DNA of 20,000 nt, taken from Phyllosticta citribraziliensis (lineage: Eukaryota). The stretch covers positions 788,215 through 808,214 of the forward strand of contig NW_027117351.1 in assembly GCF_038025025.1 (NCBI RefSeq), read 5' to 3'. Numbering within the stretch: the first letter of the stretch is position 1; the number at the start of each line of letters is the position of its first letter. The translations under genes and the position numbers were made by a program. The notes beneath the pieces are model-generated. The model ran no database searches. It saw only the letters and a list, made by a program, of their open reading frames with translations, and was not told the origin of the DNA. Shown one piece after another: positions 12,168-20,000 of the stretch.

Positions 12168-12638
12168 GCTAATAGGTATAGGTTTAGGTATTATTTATAA
12201 TTATATAAGATAATATTATAAATATTATTAAACTTACTATTATCTATATTATAGAAAATCTAGTCTAGTTTACCCTAAACTAGAGCCTCCTATTAGCTAA
12301 TATCTAATAGCCTATAACCTTCTCTACCTCCTAATTAGTATTCTTATTATTATTATTATTATCTTATAGGGCTAGTCTAGTAAGTAGTTATTAGCTAGAT
12401 AATAGATTATTACCTATAATAATAAGATATAAGATATAAAATTTATTATAGGTATATAAACTAATAGGTAGTTATAATATAGCCTAGTTACTATAGATAT
12501 TAATAACTTAATATAGTCTATTATTATAAAATTTAAGTATAGTAGGATAGCTATAGAGTATATATAATAACTAGTTATACGCGCGCTTATTAGTACTATA
12601 GATAACCCCCTTATAGGCGCCTTCCTTAGTAGGCCCCT

Positions 12639-12653
12639 CCCCCCCCCCCCCCC
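12639..12653. repeat. C15 homopolymer
   Basis: Directly visible; preceded by CCCC at 12634-12637. Confidence 0.9.
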
Positions 12654-12980
12654 TACTTATAGGTCTCTATTTAATAGTTAGCTTAGCCTAATTAATAAAT
12701 CTTACTTATAATACTTATTCCTATTAGATAAGAATCTACTATCTCTATAGGGTAACCTATATTAAAATAGTAGTATAAGATTTAGTACTATAGGGGATTA
12801 AATTAAGTAAGAATAATATATTTAGTATCCTAGATAATAGATAAAACCTTAGTTTCTAAGGGTTTATCCTAGCTAGGGGTTTTATATATTCCTTACTTAG
12901 TCTTATAGCCCTTCTAGGGTCTAAGTAGGTACTATATAGCCCCTATATAGGTTCCCTCTAGATAAGGGTAAGTACTAGTA

Positions 12981-13002
12981 TTATATTACCCCCCTCCTTA
13001 AA
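12981..13002 (-). mobile_element. Polypurine tract / 3'-LTR junction of a minus-strand LTR retrotransposon (LTR extends leftwards from 12985, far end undefined)
   Basis: Minus strand reads TTTAAGGAGGGGGG-TAA|TATAATAC, i.e. PPT followed by a RIP-altered TGTAA LTR start. Confidence 0.5.
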
Positions 13003-13012
13003 AAGGGCTATT

Positions 13013-13405
13013 TATTATAACTTGTAAAGTTCTTATTTTATAGGTTAGGGCTAAAGGTAAACTGCTAGAGAATATATATATATCTTAATTAAATATAATA
13101 AGTTAAAAGAATAAAATATAAAAGATACTTACTTCTTATCTATTTCCTAGCCTTCCCTTTATATCTTTCTATCTTTCTAACCTTTATATAAGGGTTAATA
13201 GTTATTATTAGGTTATTCCTAAAGGTAAGGTATTAATAGGTTATTATACTATATCTACCTAAGGCTATAGTAGCTAGTATTAGCCTAAGGTATAGCTAAT
13301 ATTTAGCCTAAGGCTATAGTAGCTAGTAGCTTATAACTATATAATACTAGGTTTATCTATACTAGCCTTAGTACTTATATAGGTATATAAATACCTATTA
13401 TAATA
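13013..13405 (-). mobile_element. 393-bp 3' LTR of a minus-strand LTR element, with PPT at 13408-13416
   Basis: Inverted ends TATTATAA...TTATAATA (RIP-altered TGTTATAA...TTATAACA); minus strand AGGGGGGGG-TA|TATTATAA at the right end; internal tandem repeats; a second copy begins at 19949. Confidence 0.7.
13258..13328. repeat. Three ~24-bp tandem units inside the LTR (U3 side)
   Basis: cctaaggctatagtagctagta is exact at 13258-13279 and 13307-13328, with a degenerate middle unit. Confidence 0.8.
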
Positions 13406-16344
13406 TACCCCCCCCTAAAGAGAAGCTAAAATTATAAGAATTAGTAGCTATAGGCACTTATATAGGTATAGACTTATAATATATAGTAGTAGTATTTAGT
13501 AATTTAGGTATTCTATATAGTTATAAAGTATAATTATTAGTCTAGCTTTATTACTATACTATCTTTTTCTATTACTATCTTCTATTACTATATAACCTAT
13601 AGAAGGTTACTATCTACCTTAGCTATATCTAGAGCTCCTTAATAAAGTATATTATTATCCTATCTAAATTAGCTATAATCTAGTAAACTAATAGTTATAT
13701 AAAGGCTTAAAGAAGCTATACTCTACTAAGAGTAATAAAGAAGGTCCTATACTAGTAGAGTATTAGCTAGAGTATTAGCTAGTTACTTATTAGAATTCCT
13801 TACTATTATATAAGACTTATCATACTATTCTACTATTATATAGTATTACTTATAATCTATTATAGTTACTACTTACTTAGAGAGCTATTCTTACTAGTAG
13901 TATCTATTAGGACTATTATATAGAGTAGTATTATAGTAAGTAAGCCTTTTATCTTAAGGATTATTACTAATTATTACCTAGGCTCTATAGGACTACCTTA
14001 TATCTAGATAGCTTTATATATTTAGGTTTTACTACTTTATTACCTAATCTTACTAACTAATATAGTTATAGAGGGATAAAATACTAGGGTTACTTATATA
14101 AGTATATAGTCTTATAATGGTATGCTTTAGGTAATCCTAATTAGGTAATTACTAAGGCTACTTAGTACTTAACTAATAGTTCTAGGTATCTAGATATAGT
14201 ACTTAATAAGTAGTAATAAATAATAACCCCTAAAGATAGTTATATATACCTAGCCTAATCCTTTATTATATAGGGCTTATATATACCTAGATAATAAAAT
14301 ACTAAGGTAGAGTATAGTAGGTAGAGCTATATAATCTAATATCTAGTCTATTAGCTTATATAATAGAGAGGTACTTCCCTATTAAATAAGAGGTATAATA
14401 AAGGGGAGTAGACCCTTTTAATTTATACTACTATAACTAAATAACCTTAGGCTATTTTCTAAAGGCTACCTAATAGATAATAATATAGACTAAATTATTA
14501 TATACTTAGTTATAAGAAATATATAGAGGTAGAATAATAATCCTTAATAAAGAATTAATAAATAAAATTACTACTAAAGAGAAAGCTATTCTAGAGGGCT
14601 AGGAGGCCTCTTTATATACCTTTCTAGTTAGTACTAAGCTAATCTTCTAGCTAGCTATTAGTAAGACTTATTTATTAGTTATAAGTTACCTCTAACTCTT
14701 AACTATAACTCTTACTATTAAAGTTCTTCTAGACTAATTTATTTAGATCTAGACTATAGACTATAATACTACTATATCCTTATTCTAAGGAGTAGCCTTA
14801 AAGTCTAAAATATAAAGGAGATAATATAAGCCTTAACTAGGTTAAGTACCCTAGATTTACTAGAGGTATTAACTTTTCCTTCTCCTTTTTACTTTCTATT
14901 TTAGAAGGAACTAACCATACTATTTTTCCCTAACTAGGACTATTCTTTAGTCCTTATATAGCCCTTTATATCCTAATATTAATAACTAACTTTTATCTAT
15001 TAGTTCTCTTAGAATAAACCTTTATTTTAATTTATAAGAAGGGATATCCTCCTTTTTCTCTTCCTTAAACCTAAATTACCCTTTACTTATAAGTTATACT
15101 TTTAGGTCTTATAATAGCTTTATATATAACTATTATAATAATAGCTTATTAGGAAATATAGTAAGATTCCTAAGAGCCTAATAGTATACCTAGTAAGTTA
15201 GGTACTAGGGGTAATATAAGGGTTTACCTCTAGATAGGTACTATCGCGGTCTATAGATAGTTAGGGATGCCTTAGGTAAGTAAGGCAGGTACTAGCTAGT
15301 AGGCTTAGTAGTATAAGTAAGTAGATAGAATAAGTAGGGCCCTAGGGCTAAGATAGAAATAATAATAATATAATCCTTACTTAAGAAAAGATATCCTAAC
15401 TAAACTTATAATATTTTCTAGTAGCTAAAAGTACTATAGTACTTCCTTTTACTATAGTATCCCCTCTATATCTAGGACCTTTATTACTACTAATATATAA
15501 ATACTATAAGTCTACTTCTACTAAAACCTAGGAAGATCCCCTTAAAATAGCTAATAATATACTTCTATATAGTACCTAGTAAGGATCTCCCTTCTTATAT
15601 AACCTAGTACTAGTATTATTATAGTAGGACCCTTACTTCTATTATATTTACCCCTCCCTTTAATACTTAATACTAGTATAAGGAACTATCTATAATATAG
15701 TCCCTAAATAATAAGTTTACTATATTAATTTTAGAAGAGGATATACTATCTACCTAGTAATTTAAGGCCTTCCTCTATTATAGTAAATATAAGTAATAGC
15801 TTAAATAGATTACCCTAGTAATAAGGACTTATATTAACCTTATTATAGAAATATTTAAGCCCCTAGGTAATATAGGAGTATCTACTTAATAAACTATAGC
15901 CTCTTAAAGGTACCTAGATTATCTAGTATACTAGGACTTTATAGGAGGTATAAACTAGGCTACTTTCTAGTAAGCCTTAGAATAAGTTAATACTACCTAT
16001 ACTAAACTATTCCTAGAGAATTACCTAGTAGTTATAGAATAGAAATATATAGAAGAGGCTCTAGCTAAGGGTATAAGAACTATAATACTAAGTATATTAA
16101 CCTCTACTAATATAGTAGGTTTACTACTAAACCTAGTCCTAACTATACTATATAAGGAGGTAGGCTAATATAATATAAGTATAGGATTAAGGGTATCCTA
16201 GTCCTTATATAATCTATTCTAGTACCTTTCTCTAACTATACTAGAATATCCTACTATACTAGAGGTATTAGCCTTAAGTATAGTCCTTAAAGTACCTCCT
16301 TAGCTATAAGCTAAGATAGTACCCTAGTTACCTTTAGGACCTAC

Positions 16345-16943
16345 TATTATGGGCAGGATCAGCTACTTACTAATATGCTTGCTTAGCCGGCCAAAATGCT
16401 AGTACTAGAAGAGGTATAAGAGATAGTAACTAGTAGTAAATAAGTAGGCTCTATAGGATAGAAATAAAATAACTACTAAACTAACTAAAATAAGCTACTA
16501 TCTAGCCGTCACTTTATTATCTAAGTAGTATAGGACTTAGGTATAAATAATAAGTATAAATAAATAAATAACTAAGTATTTAGTAGATAATTATTTAACT
16601 AAGTATAAAAGACTTTATTTATATAAGTAGTACCTCTTAATAAGTAGCTATAAAAGGGGGTATATAACCAGCTAATCTACTACTAAAATACTAATAATAT
16701 AAAAACCTCCTATTACTACTAAAGGTACTAAGTTTACTTATACTTTTATTAGCCATTATTATTACTACTAAACTATATAGAAGTATATCTTCCTAGTATT
16801 CTAGAGCTACCTATAGTCTTATTTTCTTACTAGCCTAATCTTCTACTTATATCTAAGCTAAAACTATAGCTAAGAATAAGAATAATAACTACTAAAAGTA
16901 ACCCTTAAAAGCTATAAAAACTATACTAGCTAGTAGTACTATA
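16345..16943 (+). repeat. Copy B of the inverted repeat pair; probable terminal fragment of a DNA transposon (terminus at ~16345)
   Basis: Aligns to the reverse complement of 11617-12167, with an extra 49 bp bounded by a 13-bp direct repeat (16711-16723, 16760-16772). Confidence 0.85.
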
Positions 16944-17049
16944 TATAGGGGGGTACTCCTTATTTTACCATCCCCTAGTAAGTAAGAAGAAATAAGGATA
17001 AAAGATAAGAAAGAGAGTATAAGCTATAGTTTATAGGAGGCTAGATTAG

Positions 17050-18995
17050 AGTAGTTAATTAGTATACTATTTACCTAGGTTATATATACTCCTATAAATA
17101 GGGCTAGTAGGTAAGATATTATCCTAGTCCTTATCCTTACTATACTTATTATAGTACTAGATACCTATAGCTTTAATAATATCCTTATTAGTTAGTAGAG
17201 GCTTATTAGGAGTAGGCCTAGTAATATTATTATCCTTATAGTAGAAGTAGGACTTCTTACTAAAGATATACTTCTCCTCTTTAATAAAGACTAGGAATAG
17301 CTTATTATAGGTATTAATTATATCTAGCTCTATATTATAGAAATAGCTAGCTAGTACCTTAGAATTATTAGCTATACTTATAACCTTCTTAACTTCCTTT
17401 ATAACTAATAGAGAGTCTTAGTAATAAGAATAGACTAAAGTATTACTAATTAGATTAATACTAATTACCTCTACTAATACTAGAAACTTATAGGGGTAAT
17501 AGCTATATATATATAGGAAACTAGAGGATATAACCTTAGAAGGGATCTAATTCTTATAGTATATAGCTAGCTCCTCCTAAGTACCTAATTTATTAATTTC
17601 TAAATAATTATAGTCCTAGTTAACTTTATAGTACTATAAGAAGAATATCTTATATATACCCTTTACTAGTCCCTTAGCTCTATATAGTATTATTAGGTAG
17701 GAAATCCTAGTACTATAGGCTACTACCTTACTATTAGACTAGCTAAGGCCTCTATCCTTAGTAAACTTAGTAAGGTAGTTAAGGATTAGACCCTTCTTAA
17801 TATTAGTAATACCTATTATATTTATAGGGTTATATATATTCTTAGTAATAGTACTATCTCTATAATCCTTAAAATAAGGTATAAAGCCCTCTACTAAAAT
17901 TATATAGTCTATATTAGTCTTACTATTAAGAGAGATAATATCCTAAATTATATTAATACCCCTATTAGTATTAGTATATTTATTTAAGTTAATATTAAAG
18001 TAGTAGAACTTAGTATAGTTACCCTTCTTCTAGTCCTTTATATAGTATAGTATTATATAGAGCTAGTAGGTATAATCAGGCCTAAGTAAAATATAGAGGA
18101 GCTAGTATACTAGGTACTAGTAAATAAGCTACTATACTAGTAAGTAGAATATTATATAGTTCTAGCCTAGATTTTAATAAGTATTAATCTTCTACTAGTA
18201 CTAAAGGTAGTAGCTAAACTCCTTATTAATTCTAGAGTATATACTATCTAAGAAGCTAAAGAGAGTACTATTAGTAACTAAATTACTAGTAGTCTTAAAC
18301 TTACTAAGTAGGATAGTAGTAAGGTCTAGATACTAGCTATAATCTATACTAAATAGTATAGTAAGACTCTTATTAAGGGTAGGGATTATATTCTAAACTA
18401 TAGCTATAATATTCTTAAATTAGGTATTATAGTTATAGCTAAATATATATAGGCTAATAGTATTAGTAGGGTAAATAGAGTAAAAAGTTAGTATAAACTA
18501 ATAGTACCTATCCTTATAGGATAAGATATTAGATAATCTCTTATAGTTATACTAAATATATTCTAAGTAGAGGTAAATAATATTATCTATTCCCTACTTA
18601 GTTTAAAGACCTAAGTACTTACTAATCCTATAAATATAAGAATTATAGTAGTTACTTAAGTTATACTAGTCTCTAGCCTTACTAAGCTTATAAAGCTTCT
18701 TTTACTAGGACTCTTTAGCTATAGGGATAGCCTTAGTAGGGAATTTCTTATAAAACTTAATAGATAAGATCTAGCTATTAATTCTAGTATAGGTATAGTA
18801 CTTAGCTATATAAATCTTCTTAGTACTATTAATTAGAGATATAATAATAATTTCTAAATTTAAGTCTACCTCTTTATTATTATAGACCTCTTCTTTATTA
18901 TCCTTATTTATTAGGAGGATAGTATTATTATTATTACTCCTATAGACTAAGCTTTTAATAGTTAGTATAATTTACTAGTATATATTAGGGGTAAT
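17050..18995 (-). pseudogene. RIP-destroyed gene, probable 2-oxoglutarate/Fe(II)-dependent dioxygenase (PhyH-like double-stranded beta-helix fold)
   Basis: One frame is continuous for ~620 codons, with about 30 TAG/TAA stops by hand count, all explainable as RIP of Gln/Trp/Arg codons. De-RIPed motifs: LRPD (RPD codons intact at 18083-18075), FRHFDIN (H 18002-18000, D 17996-17994), IQxIISLD, CTILVEGF, PHG (H 17684-17682) and distal R (17654-17652). Confidence 0.7.
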
Positions 18996-19319
18996 ATGTA
19001 ACAATCCGACTAGATGTTTATAGTACTAATTTAGGTATAAGAGTTATCCTATTATTTAGGCTATCTATATGGCTAAAGTACCTATCCCCTATAACTACTA
19101 AGCTTACTAAGCTTACCCTTAGTATCTAATAGCTATACTAGATCCCTATAGGATCTACTACTATAGATAGTAGCTAAAGTAGTTTATAGGTAACCTTACC
19201 TATATCTACTATCTATTCTTAATCTATACTCCTAAATCTATAGACCTAATCTATATAGTAATAAAAGGAAAGGAAAAAATAGGGGAAGGCTTTACTTATT
19301 ATTATTATTTATTACTATC

Positions 19320-19850
19320 TACTCTAGAGTCTTATTCTATTTACCCCTATTATCTAAGTAGTAGATAGCCTTAGTATCCTACTTTACCCTAACCTTAGCT
19401 ATAGCCTTATTATCCTAGGATTACTTACTACTTAAGTACTTAGATTCTAACTAGTTAGTAATATTAATTACTCTATTACCCTTAGTTTATCTATAGACCT
19501 TATATACTATATTATAGATGGCCTTATATATAGTACTATCCTTATTCTAGATAATATTATTAGTATCAGACTTATCTTCCTTATTAAGTAGGTTAATTAG
19601 GGCTAATATCTTATCCTTAAGGTTAATAACCTCCTTATTATCTATTATACTAGGGTAACTAGTAATCCTATATTATTTAGGACTTAGCTTATTAGGGTCT
19701 AGCTTAGTTCTTATAGTCTACTTCTTCTTAGGCTTAATTATAATTATAGGGTTCTTAGGATCCTTAGTCTTAGGATCCTTATTATTAGGACCCTTATTAC
19801 TAATAGTTTTTAAGCTATACTAGGGTTTACTATCTATACTAGATCTAGGT
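19320..19850 (-). pseudogene. RIP-degraded acidic/low-complexity reading frame, possibly the 5' part of the dioxygenase gene
   Basis: About 175 codons in one frame with few stops (e.g. AAG GAT CCT AAG ACT AAG GAT CCT AAG AAC CCT); same strand as 17050-18995 but a different frame. Confidence 0.45.
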
Positions 19851-19948
19851 ATACTAGTAAATATACCCTAGTATTATAGTATTAGTATTATAATACTAGA
19901 TTTACCAGGTATTAGGGTAGATAGGGAGCTAGGATAAAAGTATAGATT

Positions 19949-20000
19949 TATTATAACTTATAGATTTCTTATTATATAGGTAAGGGCTAAAGGTAAACTA
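19949..20000 (-). mobile_element. Edge of a second copy of the 13013-13405 LTR, truncated by the window end
   Basis: 19947-20000 vs 13011-13064 match at 48/54 in direct orientation; similarity stops near the TATTATAAC LTR boundary. Confidence 0.75.

Larger units (their letters stand above)
11190..20000. mobile_element. AT-rich, heavily RIP-mutated block of nested transposable element remnants
   Basis: Abrupt compositional switch. CpA/TpG and CpG are nearly absent, TpA is strongly over-represented, and CpC/CpT are retained. No ORFs in the track; LTR, PPT and inverted-repeat relics are present. Confidence 0.95.

Noticed and set aside
12150..12170. Helitron 3' end (CTAG at 12165-12168)
   Set aside because: No subterminal hairpin, not followed by T, and copy B has ATAG at the equivalent position.
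14281..14305. TAC CTA GAT AAT, de-RIPs to YLDD (RT motif)
   Set aside because: Flanking residues do not fit RT (no ILIYS-like continuation), and such strings arise readily in RIPed DNA.
17135..17160. CxxC zinc-binding motif at the dioxygenase C-terminus
   Set aside because: TAT codons can derive from Cys, His, Arg or Tyr, so the assignment is not determinable.
18997..19320. Solo LTR starting TGTAACA
   Set aside because: No matching end or TSD found, so it is not listed as a feature; kept only as an alternative in the findings.
11190..20000. NUMT, telomeric array or CRISPR array
   Set aside because: No mitochondrial genes, only isolated TTAGGG-like words, and no repeat-spacer periodicity; the dinucleotide pattern is explained by RIP.

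Overview
Filamentous ascomycete (Pezizomycotina-type) nuclear DNA in two sharply separated compartments. 1-11187 is gene-dense and GC-balanced, with five housekeeping genes: a 5'-truncated ferric reductase (+), the Aquarius/Cwf11 spliceosomal helicase (-, 3 exons), the complex I NUXM/20.9-kDa subunit (+, 5 exons), UBC6 (-, intronless) and SAM50/TOB55 (+, 4 exons). About 11190-20000 is an AT-rich block almost stripped of CpA/TpG and CpG, the signature of saturating repeat-induced point mutation (RIP), made of nested TE remnants. These include a 393-bp LTR with a polypurine tract, the start of a second copy of that LTR at the window end, and an inverted pair of ~550-600-bp DNA-transposon-like ends. 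The main find is invisible to the ORF track: a frameshift-free fossil reading frame of ~620 codons on the - strand (~17050-18990). Reversing RIP by hand gives an HxD...H...R 2-oxoglutarate/Fe(II) dioxygenase (PhyH-like). It lies between the two LTR copies, suggesting a mobile element carrying a dioxygenase. All de-RIP reconstructions are manual inference and need computational confirmation.
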